In this document: positions 1 through 13,300 of the stretch, one piece after another
How positions within the stretch are numbered: position 1 is the stretch's first letter
Layout of the letters: every line of letters begins with the position of its first letter
Origin: Marsupella aquatica
Taxonomy: Eukaryota; Plantae; Marchantiophyta
Direction: 5' to 3'
DNA: 64,000 nucleotides
Assembly (NCBI GenBank): GCA_973895155.1
Contig: OZ316899.1
Location: forward strand, 4,343,241-4,407,240
The notes under the pieces: generated by a model
What the model saw: the letters and a program-made list of their open reading frames with translations, nothing else
What the model was told of the DNA's origin: nothing
Databases searched by the model: none
Translations under genes and position numbers: made by a program

Positions 1-2662
1 GTTGCCAGTTGGTGGTGCGCCCACTATGCGCGATAGGATCCGGGTTGGAGGCCAAATGTTTAGGGACCAAAGTTGGTCCGGGGGTGGCAGGTCTCCATAA
101 GCATATATGAGGGGAGTGGTGTCTCCCTAGGGGGCAAGGGCGAGCCGAAGTCGTGAGTCGCGGTGGTCGCGACACTAAAGGAAAACGCCAAACGGAAACG
201 GCGATATCTTCCCAACGGGAAGTCCGTTGGAGGACTTCTTGGGTGCGTTGGAAATCTCTCAAGGAGGGCTACGACCTGATGATCTCATCTGGGTCAGGGG
301 AATCATGGGTTCTTGAGGTTTGCGGGTGTTAGCTCATTCGCTTGCCAAATCCTGTCGAACAGCAGCCAAGCCGCGTTCAATCTCCCAAGGGAGCTTGTGT
401 TGGGGAGGCAAGGCCAAGTAGGCGTGGAGGTTGAGTTCCAAGGGTACTTGGCCCCTAGACCATTAGTGGGGCAAACCGGGAGTTGGTTGCTAGAGTCGGG
501 GCCATTCTGGTCCCGGCGTCTTGGGACAAGCTTGGGACCAGCTTTAGGACAAGCTATGCTATTTGGGCCATGAGCATGTCCTGGGGTCAGTGCGGTCAGT
601 TGGTGATGGATAGGTACAAGGAGGAACCCGGGCCGCGCCCAAGGAAGGAGTTGTTTTGGATGAATAGTAAGCGTGGGTTCTGGTTCCTGCTTATGGCATA
701 GGGAGGACCTATCGCTCACCTATTTACCAATGTCTATTGAGCTTGAGTTAGGATGCTAGACTTGGCGAGTTCTAGATCCTAAAGGGTTACTTACCGAGGT
801 GCTTGGTTGCTTGTGCAGACAATGAGGACCGTTGAGTAGCGGTCGTGTAGGAGAGCAAGTGCGGCTTCGTATGGGAGGGGCCGCCGGTGGTGCAAGGGGC
901 ACTAGGGTGCTTGCTCGAGGTATTCCGTGGAGGCGTTTGGGCACCAGGGGCACTTAGGCATGAGTGCTGGGATTGGTGAGGGCGCTGGGTGGCACGGTCC
1001 ACCACTTGTGGTATCAAAGCCATTGTTGGCATAGACACTGGGCCGGGGTTGTGCTAAGTTGGAATCCAAAAATTGTGTTCCCCATTTGGATTGTAACTTG
1101 TTGAGGCTTGGCAGGGGAGGGAATTGGTAGCAGAAAGGAGAGAACATAAAAAAACTCCTCATTACAGCAGTCGCGGAACTCGACTACCTTAACACTTAGC
1201 TCCAGCGTTGCTAACTCCGACGCCAAGCTCCCTTATGGTCCAGGCCCGGATAGGCCATCCGGGGAGGACTTAGCATGGGGAGACTTGTGGGCAATGAGAC
1301 GTGGCACTGGTGAGGCAAGGGGCCAAGTTGGGGGCACACACTAAGGACTTGGACTAGCCTATGGCTGGTCAAGTCAAGGGGAAATGGGCCGGGCTCAAGG
1401 ATGGCCGTCCGGACCTTCGGATGGACTTTGAGTTTTGAGGGCTTGGGAGTGAGCTCATCTTGGGCCCAAGGCCAATGGAGTTGATGCCATTGGCAACGGA
1501 CGCTTGGGGCGTGAGTTATGGCCCGATCCAGGTTTAGCCAATCGGGGACCCCAAGTAGAGATGAGACCTGAGGGCCTAGGCATGAGCATTGGGTTGGTCC
1601 AATCACAACGAGCTAAGGCACTCCGCTTGCGGACGCCTAACCATAAAGTTATGGGCGTTGTCAGTTGGTGGTGCACCCACTATGCGCGATAGGATCCGGG
1701 TTGGAGGCCAAATGTTTAGGGACCAAAGTTAGTCCGGGGGTGGCAGGTCTCCATAAGCATATATGAGGGGAGTGTTGTCTCCCTGGGGGGCAAGGGCGAG
1801 CCGAAGTCGTGAGTCGCGGCGGTCGGGACACTAAAGGAAAACGCCAAACGGAAACGGCGATATCTTCCCAATGGGAAGTTCGTTGGAGGACTTCTTGGAT
1901 GCGTTGGAAATCTCTCAAGGAGGGCTATGTCCTGATGATCTCATTTGGGTCAGGGGGTGCCATGGGTTCTTGAGGTTTGCGGGTGTTACCTCGCTCGCTT
2001 GCCAAATCCTGTCGAACAGCAGCCAAGCCCCGTTCAGTCTCCCAAGGGAGCTTGCGTTGGGGAGGCAATGCCAAGTAGGCATGGAGGTTGAGTTCCAAGG
2101 GTGCTTGGCCCCTAGACCATTAATGGGGAAAACCGGGAGTTGGTTGCTAGAGTCGGGGCCATTCTGGTCCCGACGTCTTGGGACAAGCTTGGGACCAGCT
2201 TTAGGACAAGCTATGCTATTTGGGCCATGAGCATGTCCTGGGGTCAGTGCGGTCAGTTGGTGATGGATAGGTACAAGGGGGAACCCGGGCCGCGCCCAAG
2301 GAAGGAGTTGTTTTGGATGAACAGTAGGCATGGGTTCTGCTTCTTGCTTATGGCATCGGGAGGACCTATTGCTGACCTATTTACCAATGTCTATTGAGCT
2401 TGAGTTAGGATGCTAGACTTGGCAAGTTCTAGATATTGAAGGGTTACTTACCAAGGTACTTGATTGCTTGTGCAGATAGTGAGGATTGTTGAGTAGTGGT
2501 TGTGTTGGAGAGCAAGTGCGGCTTCGTATGGGAGGGGCCTCTGGCGGTGCAAGGGGCACTAGGTTGCTTCCTTGAGGTATTCCATGGAGGCGTTTGGGCA
2601 CCAGGGGCACTTAGGCGTGAGTGTTGGGATTGGTGAGGGCGCTGAGTGGCAAGGTCCACCAC
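1..2662. repeat. Tandem duplication with period about 1656 bp (1-1005 repeated at 1657-2662)
   Basis: gttg.cagttggtggtgc.cccactatgcgcgataggatccgggttggagg occurs at 1 and 1657. Similarity runs to ...ggtccaccac at about 1005 and 2662, with many substitutions. Confidence 0.9.
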
Positions 2663-3595
2663 TCCAGGTGATTCAGGTCAAGAACTACCGGCCTAGGAAG
2701 TTGGCTTCTTTCTTCATCAAGAAGTTCTAGGAGGAGATGGAACGACAAAGGAAGACCTTGTACCTTGGGGGGAAGGCGTACTTGGCAAGTGACATCAAGA
2801 TTATCATCAAGTTGTACCACTTTGGCCTCCACCCGAGTTGAGGTCTATCCTTGCCCTAACCCAAGTGGGCACAGCTTGGTGAACCTGGAACTCTTTGCAC
2901 CAGGCACGTATTTGAATGGGTAGGTGGGCAACTTCTCCCAACAAGTTGGTTGGGATATGGGGGAGTTCATGGCCCGCAAGGTGGCTTACTTCTTCAGCCA
3001 AGAGCTGGTTGCGGCGGTGAAAACAGGGCATGCTCAGGCTGAAGCCGCAAAGAAGTTTGAGTAGTATCAGGCTGAGGCAACCAACCTATTAGATGAAGCC
3101 TCAGACCGAGAAACCAAGCTTCAACTTCTCCGGCCTCAGCTTGGGACCGCTTTGACCCAGGTCACCAACGCTGAAGCCAAGATACCCTTGGTTGCGCAAG
3201 CCAAAGCTAGAAAGGCCGTCAAGATCTCATGGCTCCGAACCCAAATCAACAACTTGAAAGGGCAAGCCGTCATCTAGCAGAAAGACATGGAGGAGGCCAA
3301 CGCCCAGGCCCAGAGAGATGCAGCCAAGGTGGATGCCCCAAAAGAAAAAGTGACATGGCTTCTACAGGTTGCCACTAAGCAAAACCAACTAGTGACACAG
3401 CTAATGAGCGACGCCCAACAGTTGGAAGAGGCGTGCAAGGAGGCCGTGGAGGAGACAGACACGACAAAATGAGAGAATGAGTCTCTCTTGGACCAAGTCC
3501 AGCTACTCAAGCAGGACGTAGACCGGCTGAGGAGACAGCGGGACGGCTGCTCCAAGTCCAACTTGGGTGGGTCTGGCAAGCGTGCCCGACATTAG
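2663..3595 (+). pseudogene. Decayed 3' part of the LTR-encoded PMD-like/coiled-coil ORF
   Basis: Fragments match the family-B protein (VIQVKNYRPRKLASFF ~ VIQVENYRPRRWASYF; LVNLELFAPGTYLNG ~ LDHPELFVPGTFLNG; C-terminal GGSGKRARH*). Stops and frameshifts are present. Confidence 0.8.
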
Positions 3596-4508
3596 CGGCA
3601 TAGCAAGTTAGAATAGAGTTAGGTTTAGTCAAGAAGGTCAGACGTTGAGGACAAGCGCCGAAACTAGTTAGTGGCATTGTCCTATCTGACCGACCTCGGA
3701 CTTTTAGCGTAGAATCTTAGAATAAGACACGCCATTTTTTGGCCTGACATACAACAGAATTTAGGATAGACTAGATTCGAGCATGTGGCCATCCCAGGCC
3801 ATGGCTCTTAGTTAGTATTTAGTGCACCCCCTGGTAGAGGCAAGGGAATTTCAGGTTCAGAATTGAATGTCCGCAGGATGTGCGGGGAGTCCCGGCCTTA
3901 GTGAATACAAGAGCACCACGGAGTGAGGGTACAACTAATCTCATCAAGCGAGTGCTGAGCCAGGCTCCGTGTACCGTATGCCTCATTGCCATTGGGCTTG
4001 TTCATTCATAAGAAGTCAAGTCAACCGTGTGTATGTGTATGACGGATTCTGAAGTAAAGTCTTTTCCCCATCATTTCCTTCGTGTAAAACCAGATTGTAT
4101 GTTGTGAATTTCATTGCAATTGTCATTCTTGTATACGTGTAGAAAGCGCTTGGCCAAACGCATTATGTAAGTTGTGCATTGGGTGTCGGCTGCGGATGGG
4201 GTTGCGAGTCTGGGTTGGATGCCCGTATAATCGAATCTAGATTGGAGGCGGACAGCATGAAGGCTTAGAATTCCTTAAGCTGGGGTCAATCACGCGACCC
4301 GTCATGCGATCAACTTAAGGTACGTTCTGGCGGCGGAACACAAAGCATACCTATGATACGTGTAAGAATAGAATTGGGTGCGCTTAGCGCCAAGTTACAA
4401 GAATAAAGTACTGTTTGCACATCCCTCCTTGCCCAAAACCTCAATACTAATGGAGTTTATGCCCGCCTAAGCCAAAATTTGCATAAGGATGGACCTGTTG
4501 GCGGGACA

Positions 4509-5409
4509 GACTACAATAATGGGAAAGAACTATATCAAGCATGGAAATGGCCCTGCCATTGTGACACTACCCAATGGTACAACTACCAATATCCAGTCTG
4601 CTATATATGCACCCTCTGCCACACATAATCTCTTAAGCTTACGCAATATAAGAGCCAATAACCTACATATAAGCACAGCAATAGGGCAGTCAGATGAATC
4701 ACTTCACATCCTAGAAAAACCCACAGCTGGAATGATAATTAGAGAAACCCTACCTATCCGTCCCCTTGGAATATATGTTACACCAAAATTTAGCATACCA
4801 GGCTTGGTCACCTAGGAAATGTATCATAGGATAATTAAGGATGCCTTCCTCCTTAAAACAACCATGTATTGCTTGTTCCCAAGGCAAGCTTGTTATTCAC
4901 CCCTCCATATCCAAAACAGCCTTGGCTATCCCACAATTCCTTGAACAATTGAATGCTGACATCTGCGGTCCTATCGACCCGCCAAGTGGACCCTTTCATT
5001 TCTCCTGGTTATTATAGACTCCTCAACTAAAAGGTCCCAAGTATCACTACTCTCAACAAGTAACCTAGTCTTCCCCCGCCTCCTGGCGCATATCCTATTA
5101 AAATCCTAAGAGTAGATAATGTTTTGGAAAGTCTACATCAAAAACATTTGATGATTTTTGCTTAACATTAGGGATTGATACACAACACCCTGTCCCTTAT
5201 ATGCATTTCCAAAATGGGATTGCAAAATCAGTTATAAAAAGACTACAAATGGTAGTTAGGCCCTTGATAATGCAACGCAACTCCCAATTTCAACTTGGGG
5301 ACATGCCATATTACATGTTGCATCCCTACTGAAATACAAACCTTCCACATTCAATCAACAAACATCTCACTACATGGCATTTGGTCTACCCCTGACATTA
5401 CACACCTAA
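4509..5409 (+). pseudogene. pol: Ty1/copia pol fragment (protease end, GAG-pre-integrase, integrase), Bianca-like
   Basis: TTIMG..GNGPAIVTLPNG..AIYAPSATHNLLSLRNIRANNLHIST; DICGPIDPPSGPF; GIDTQHPVPYMHFQNGIAKSVIKRLQMVVRPL. Frameshifted. It ends PDITHL at the insertion point. Confidence 0.85.
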
Positions 5410-8400
5410 TGTTGCGCTAGTAACTCGGGCCTTAAATTTGGGTTAACTCATTGGCGCGCACACGACCATCAGTAAGGGTGAGGTTCCGGCAAGGAGGGGT
5501 GTAATGGCCCTAATTAGTCTAAGTCGGAGTAGATATGCATCGGTAGAATATTACACAACAATCATAGACATCATAGGTATATTTGGTTTCCACCGCTGGA
5601 ATGAACCCACAGGCAACAACTCGGACTAACTCCCGGCTTGGGGACTTTCAAGCCATTGTCAGCAACCAGAACTTGCAGCATACACTTCCTTACAATCCCA
5701 ACCATTAGTCTGCACCCGGTATGTCCCTTGAAATGGCACCTTTGTCAAGGCCAGGCATGCATGCAACACAAACAACTCGCAAGGATTGGAGGGAAAGACT
5801 CGGGTTACTCAAATAAGAAGCAGCATTTTACATAGTTGACTTGACTTCTAAGTGAGTAGCAGGCCTAACGGCAATCGATGCCCAGTCTCCATGAGACCCA
5901 GTCTCGCACTTGCCCAACAAGATTGACTCTGGCTCTCACTCCTTAGTGCTCTCTAATCTTGCTCAGGGCGGGACTCCCCATGCACTATGCAAGGGTACTC
6001 TACTGAAATAAAACACAAGCCTCTCCCCTTTTCCTAGCAGAAAGGAGAACCTAAATACTATCCTCCAAGGGCCAGGGGAGACGCTACCTCCCCCGGCAAG
6101 TGCCTGACTAACTAACTACCTACTGATATGGTTGACCACTTACATACCATCAAGTTGACTGTCAGCGCCTGAGGCAGTTGACCGTGGCACTAACAACTAA
6201 ATCCTCCTATCATTTGTTCCTAGTCCATTGATTGTCGCCTATCCTACGCTTGATGATTTTAACTTAGTTCTAATCTTGCTTATTGCGCTGCTAAGTGGCA
6301 CCTAATGACAGCTATTTTGTCGCTACGGTTAACTCAAAAAGATGCCTTTGTCCGCCCGCTGCAATGCGGCTATCTGACCTCCCCCACCGCTAATTACCCC
6401 TTGCACGCCTCATGCTGCCGGTCCAGGGTTTGTCCCCTTGTCCAACTGGGGCCTTGAGCCGCCTTGATTAGAGGCATTTCCCACCCCACCCCTCTGGCTC
6501 ACCAGCAATGCAACTTGCTCCTGTAGGGCCTTTTTGTCCCGCGCTGCTTCCTCTGTCTCGTTGGAGACTTTGTCCACCTTCGCTTGGAGTTGGGCCACTT
6601 TTGCATTAAGAAGGCCAATCATTTTAAGGTCGGCCTGATTCTGCGCCAAATGCTTATCCCAATTGGTGGTGACTGTGTTCACCTACTGGGCAGCCTGAAC
6701 AAACTGGTTGTTCAAATTGGTCAAGATGTTAACCCGAGCCGAGGACTCTGATTCCAGCTGAAGCACCGTAGCCTCCAGTCCCTTGAGGTCCGCTTGAGTC
6801 TTGAGTAGCTCCTGATTTAGTCAATCCTGTTGTTCCAAGGCGCGGACTAACTCCTCACGACAAACAATGACAACATCCTCCAGCCGCTCCAAAGTCATCT
6901 GAAGATCCCCAATCTCATTCCCCTTGGCCATAAGCTCATCCTCCAAGCAAGTTACAAGCCGTGGGTGGTGATCTAACATGAAGAAGGCTGGTTGGAAGTA
7001 ATGTGCAACTTGTTGCCCGATGTACGTTGCTAAGTCCCCGGATAGGTCTTGACTAAATTTCTGGACCAAGTCATGGGCCAAGGTCCCGAGAACTACCTGG
7101 TAGTCCTCCATTCTCTCTGGAAAAGTTGCATCCATAGTTGGGGCGATGCCATCCTCTGTAGTCTGCATTTGGGAGGAAATGGGTTCCTCAGGTGGTGGTG
7201 GGATCGAGGGTGGCTGCATTGGCGGTAGCGGAGGCTTGACACTAGAAGGCGGTGGGGGTGGCCCATTGTTCACAATGGTGCCAAACAAATCAGAGGGCGG
7301 GGGAGTAGGTTGTGACGCGATGGGGTTGGGGTGCTTGTCGTAGCACCTGCAAAAGTGGGGGTGGCGTCTGTTGGGGCCAAGGTGGTCATATTCTTCCCTC
7401 TGGCCTCATGCCGTTGTCTATACCAGCCTAGGATGATTGCAATGTGACTTCCTAGGTAGGTCTTTCCCTCGATAGGCATGCCTGTGTGAGCTCGCTTGAG
7501 CTCCCCAAAAAATTGGCAGCTAGAGAATTGGGCCTAGTTTTGCCGCTTGTATTGCTCCACCTGCACAATTGTGCAGAGGGAAATTTTGGAATGAGGTTCA
7601 ATCATATGCAAGGTAGTCCGTATGAAGTTTAGTCGCTCCATACAGGTCAGGTTGGTACATGAACCCTGCTTGTACCCATTGTCCGTTTTGCCCTCAGGCT
7701 TGAAGTGTTGGGGCGTGTACTCCTTATCCCTAATTCGGAGTTAGACCGATATCGGCCCAGTTGGTAGGCAAAAGATCTGGGCCAGCCTATACTCCATGAG
7801 GGACAGGGTCTGCCCTAGTACCTTGGTGGCAGGCGTGTCAATATCAAAATTGGAGATGAACTCGTACACCTCCCTCACCCCGGAGGTGGTAGGCCTCCAA
7901 TTTAAATGGGTGAATTGCTCCAACTGATGCTCCTTGAGATAGTCCGCGTGTGATGGGCTCTTGATAGCGGTCCAAACACCTCAGGGATGCAGATTGCCTA
8001 CAACAAGTTTGGTTGTTGGGTGGCAGGGCCCCTCCGGGACTGGGTATTGGCGGGCGGGTTTCCTGGGACTGGAGCTGGTACAAGAGCGGGGGTAGTCTGC
8101 ATAGTTGGTTCCGGGCCGGCCGCCGTCCTAGTCCGCTTCCTGGAGCATTGCTCCTATCTTGGACTAACTTTTTCACCTAAGTTCAACAAACGCTTGCTGT
8201 TGTTAACCAAACATACCTCGGCCTGGCTTGGTGGTATGCTCTTGGCCGGAGCAATAGGCCTAGTGGCAGCGGTCATAGGCGGAGTAGCCATATCCCAATG
8301 AAAGGCGTTGGAGCTTTCCCCAAGAAAGGTTAGATTGCCTGCTGCCTCTTGCTGATTGTTGATGTCCTCCTCCCGCTTCTCGGCCGCAATCTGTTGGTCA

Positions 8401-9303
8401 ATATAACTCGAGATCTTGTCAAACTCCGCTTGAGTCAGCCTTTGGCAGCCCTTCAATCTAAAGTACTTTGTTGGGACCTCAAGAATTCCCTCAGCTACCA
8501 ATCTGAATCGTTCTTTGTTGATGTACAACTCAGTAATGTAGTCCCACAATTTGTTGTACTTTGAGTCCTTGGTGAACGTTGTCTTCTCGCAGTTAATCTG
8601 TGCTACTTTCATCACCAATTTTGCATACCTTGGTTTGTAGGAGGCCTTCTTGGGGCAAGAATACCAGTTAGTCTTTGAGAGCTTAGTGCCTACCTCCTCA
8701 AACGGGGTCCAAAATCCAAGAGCAGTAAGGGTCATACTAACCTTTGTTGTCCTCTTGATTAAGCCTGCTATCGTATTGCTGCAGGTCCATGATATCTCAT
8801 GATGAACTCCACTTGCCTTGGTGCGTCGCCTTGACTAAATTCCGTCACAATGCGCCAACGGTCTTTGGTTTCCTTCAATAAAAACAAGCTCAATCAAATG
8901 TGGCTGATGCACGAGAGTGATGACGTTCAATTGATGAGGTGCAAAGTGGCAAATGGGCCGCCGGACCTCCAACTAGGCTCTTATAGGGGCCCTTGGCGAG
9001 CTTGGACGTGAGGGTACTGAAGGCCATTAGCCGCCATCCCTTGATTGAAGTCGACCATCTCGGCCAAGCGTGAATTGCCATAACAAAATTCTACTCCGCC
9101 GCCGTCATAGTACAATGGGTGTTCATAATAGTGCGCATCGTAATCAGTACTCATTAAGTTGACTAACCTATTCCTAGTCTAATCATAATTGCAAAAATTG
9201 CTCTTTGTACCCAAGTCCTAACTATACGGATATGGTCCTAATGACCATATTTTCCCTGATCTGACGTTTGTGTCATGTTAAGTGACACGCTGCCCATGTC
9301 ACA
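5410..9303 (-). mobile_element. Solo LTR, family C (3894 bp), inserted in copia integrase
   Basis: TG (5410)...CA (9303) with flanks CCTAA/ACTAA (5-bp TSD, 1 mismatch). Removing it restores the copia motif PDITHL|RIFGCQVMV. Confidence 0.85.
6310..8735 (-). pseudogene. Decayed LTR-encoded ORF (N-terminal domain, PMD-like core, coiled coil)
   Basis: ORF pieces 8154-8735, 7741-7923, 7270-7479, 6821-7288 and 6410-6682. EQFTHLNW..YEFISNFD..TKVLGQTLSLMEYRLAQIFCLP and GKTYLGSHIAIILGWY match family B (GKAYFASHIQIILEWY). Confidence 0.8.
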
Positions 9304-9960
9304 ACTAAGAATATTTGGATGCCAAGTAATGGTTCAATACTTGGCCCTAAGCGCACAAAAATGGGCCCACAAAGGCAAAAGGATATATACATAGGTTATG
9401 AATCTCCATCCATCATAAGGTTCATGGAACCCACAATTGGAGACATTTTTAAAGCATGATTCCAAGATTGCCAATTCTTTGAAGATATATTCCCAAGACT
9501 TGATTCTAGAAACCAATATAGAGACCCAACTAATGATCCATAATTACAATGGCAAACAAAGAACCCTTTTTGGAATGACCCTCAAAACAGACAAACAAAT
9601 GAGGAAGTCAAGAGAATCCTCCATTTGACACAGATGATGGAATAGTTACCGGATGTGTTCAATAATGTTGCTGCAGCAACATGCTCACACATTGAGGCAG
9701 CCAACGTACCTGCAAGGCTGCCCCTGAGCAACAACAAAGCCACAAATGCAGCACCAAAAGCCAAGAGAGGTTGCCCCTTGCATGGGAGCTAAAGATATAC
9801 AGCCACACCAAAAGTGCACAGATGCAATTTCCAAACCGACATCTAATGTGGTATCGACATACTCAACCCCTGATTCACACATAGAAAATGAGGAAATCTC
9901 AATCCATTATATGCACATGGGAAAGGTGTGGTCCCAAGATGATATTGAAATGGATCATTG
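9304..9960 (+). pseudogene. pol: Continuation of Bianca-like copia pol (integrase C-terminus and linker)
   Basis: RIFGCQVMV; KRTKMGPQRQKDIYIGYESPSIIRFMEPTIGDIFKA*FQDCQFFEDIFP; ENEEISIHYMHMGKVW. The right boundary is approximate. Confidence 0.85.
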
Positions 9961-10329
9961 TCCACATATGTACTACTTGAACACGAGGAATTGTATGGTG
10001 CGAGGAAACAGGAGATTTTTCTAGCAAGGCAGTATTGTTAGCGAGGCATTTTTGGCCTTCAAAGTCCTAATACATTCCATGACAACAATGCCAAAATATC
10101 TCAGTTTTCCACCTCTTACAATAATCAAAAGAAAATCACAAGGAAAAACCATGCATGATTGTCATATCCATTCCATACTTGAGCCACACACATTGTTTTT
10201 TCAAAAAAGATCACCACAAGTAGACACTTCCATCATAATATGGTCCCTCTTTACATTGAAAGTGTGGATCGCCAAAAACTCCAACACAGCAAAACTGTAG
10301 AGTCGACTTCGACCAGTACGTTTAATCAT

Positions 10330-13300
10330 AAATTTCATCCTCTGAATCATCAGATATGTCACTACTACTAGGATCGCTATTGGTCTCCCTCTCTGTGGAC
10401 TTGGCAGACTCATCTAAATACTGACGGACTGTCCCGGCCTCATTGTCGATAAACCTTGAACAATCCAGATATCTTCGAGCACCTCTCATTGATTGAAGAC
10501 CTTTCGCCTCCCAAGTCAAGATCATAGGAGCTTCATCAACCTGCTCTGCCGATGTCTCAGCATAGCATGGAAGAGTAAAGGCTTCTCAAGAGTAACCACA
10601 ATGGATTCCTGGACTTTCTTCCGAAGACAAAATCTCTCCTCAGAAAACCAATCCACCCTCCTATCACTGACGCAACCACCGGCATTAGTTGACGAAGAGC
10701 AACAAAATGAAGAAAACAACAAAAACCAAATAGGGAGTCCGACATCAGAAGAGGCCAAGTACTTTACATCAGGTCAAATTTGTCTTTCTCGCTTGAAGGC
10801 CCAGCCTTTCATCTCCTGGAATCGTGAACTCATCATCCAACCCAGCGTCTTGATTACCCTTGGCTGCCTAATCCTTAATCATCTTTACCTTGCTCGAGTG
10901 CCTCTCAAGAACACTGTTTAAACCTTTTTGAGCATAGGAATGGAGAATGTCCCTGTCCTCAACACTGACAACAAACCTACCGGAGTTTTCTCCGGCAGAA
11001 AACGAGCTCCCATCACACACAGTCCAGTCAAGGACTATGTCTTTGGGCTTTGTGAGGAATTCCATCATGGCTTGTATGAACCCAATTGAAAGCCTTTTTG
11101 ATCCAACAACAGCCACTGCTGGACATGGGTCAGTCTTAGGGTAACAAACACTCAACATTGACTTATGTCTTGCATCTTCCAAAGACGTCAAAGGAACATA
11201 CGTTGGGTCTTTAGGAATCTTAGCATTAAATTCCACACAACAGAAAACGTCCAGTATGAGAGTGCACACCTGAACAAAGAACCATAATCCTTTAGAAATA
11301 TTGAAAACTTTGTTAGCAAGCTTGCTAGCATTAACTGAGTCAAAAAACGGAAAAATAATAGGTAAACCAATCATGTTGAGGAGTGGAAAATTAACATTTT
11401 GTTAGCAACATTGCTAGGTTAAAACATCTCCAAAAGTTAAAGGGATAATTACCTTGATATCCATATTTGCTCTCCATAAAGGGGTAGACAACAAAATGGT
11501 ATATTGCTGAACATGTTTGAATTTGTTTTTTTGCTCGACTGCCGTAAATATTTGCCTCATGTGATTGAAATCCGAGCTGTGCAGCACAACAACATATCCA
11601 TCGTCTGAAAGCATTGGTCTCATCACTCCAACAAAAAAACCGGCAGTTTCTTGCTCCAAACATTCCAAGACGGGACCTCTTTGTCTGTAACACGTGTTCT
11701 ATGCCCAGTTGGAAGAGAAATGGATCCCAAATGTGCTCCAATCCCAGCATAAGGCTTTCCATTAATTACAATAGGGTTCGGGCACTCCACGCTCTTTGAC
11801 ATCCCAGTAATCTATCGATCTCCATCTCCCATCCAAGATGGCCTCACTTTATTTACGCTTATTGAGTTTGCAGTGTTGGTCAAATTGCTGCAAGCAAGGA
11901 AATGTCTCTGCCCATCCATCTTCAAACCACACATCCGAGCAACACCTTGAGCAATTGAAACTTCTTCATCGTCCAAATCTGAAAGAATCTGGATATTCCG
12001 CTTCCGTTTCAAACGCTTTACACTTCCTAAATCCACTGTGCTCTTTGTTGTAACTTCGACATCTGGGGACTGAGGTTCCTCACCATCATCTTCTCCACTC
12101 TTCAAACTCTCAAAAGCCGCACCCTTCCTCCTCTCTGTGAAACAAAAGCCATTAGTGTCTGTATATTCGACACACATACGGACTTGAAAATAAAAAGTAA
12201 CAAAAAATTGACAGACTTACTTGGCTTTCCCGATAACTGGGACCCATCTTTGGATGTGTCCTTCAATGCTCCATTTCTTGGCTTTCAAGCTTGACTCCTA
12301 TCCACTATGGCAGCTACACCAAGACAAGCCTTTTCCATCGCCTTGCAACCACCAAGTTCAGCGTTAGTGGGTGCCAATTTGGACTCTGAGATGTAAGATT
12401 CCGGAAGGAATCCCCAATTGATCATGTGAAGAGCTGCTTTCTCTGTAGTGTCAAAGGTCACAGACCATTTGTCCGAGTCCAAATACCATGGACAATGAAG
12501 AACCTCCCACTTGCTCAATCTCCTCGGAGCTTCACTTCCCTTGCAAGGAAACATACAATATTCCCCAAACTTATCACCTGTAGGGTCCTCTTTAACTCCT
12601 GCTATCCATGGGGAGAAGCAAGCTCGGTAGGACCACCAGTAGAATTTGTCTGCTACTTCTCTATCTACAAAACATTGATACGTGTATCTCTTTGCTCTTC
12701 TCCAAAACAATGCAATCTCGATCTTCTCTCCTATCTTGGGGGGCCAAATCTGCTTGAAGAAACTAGTCTTCACATGAGTTTGAAAATCCTCAAAATTCTC
12801 CTCAATGTCAAGGATTAGCAAAGCTTTCGTCTTCTCTGAAGAGGTAAGGATCCTCGACTCAGGGACAGAAGGCATAACCTCAACAACAAGTTCAGACACG
12901 AGGGAAGATGCAATTGACTCAAATTCTCCCACACTGCCCAACGATGAACCCACAGCTTAGTCTCACTATCTGAGAATTGACCTGGATGAAAGAATTTCTT
13001 CCGAAGCTCAGGACAACACTATGCCTCTAGGAGTGTACATTGGAGCTTTGGGGATAAGGAGGTCACACTAGTGAACAATTGAGCTTGATCAAGACCACAA
13101 GAAACATTTCCCCTTCCTTTGTCATCTATTCTCTGGGCCTCCTTTCTCTCATTCTCGCAATAGTTATGCATTTTGACAGATTTCTTGAAAAAGTCTCCAA
13201 ACTCTGGATTTAGTAATGGACCGATCTTTGGAACTTTCACATTCCAATTGATCAGCGAGTTGTTCTTTCATCATCTCACGCATTGCTAAGTCCCGTGAGG

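Larger units (their letters stand above)
1..4508 (+). mobile_element. Degenerate giant LTR related to family B (38885-42885), left end outside the window
   Basis: 4261-4508 aligns with the reverse complement of 38885-39120 (aggcttagaa..ttaagc, ggtacgtt.tggcggcggaacaca, gcccg.ctaagc) and ends ...gggaca, versus ...gtgaca in family B. Remnants of the family-B ORF lie at 2663-3595. Confidence 0.65.

Noticed and set aside
4489-4508. Start of ORF 4489-4815 (MDLLAGQ)
   Set aside because: Chimeric: these codons come from the LTR end; copia sequence starts at 4509.
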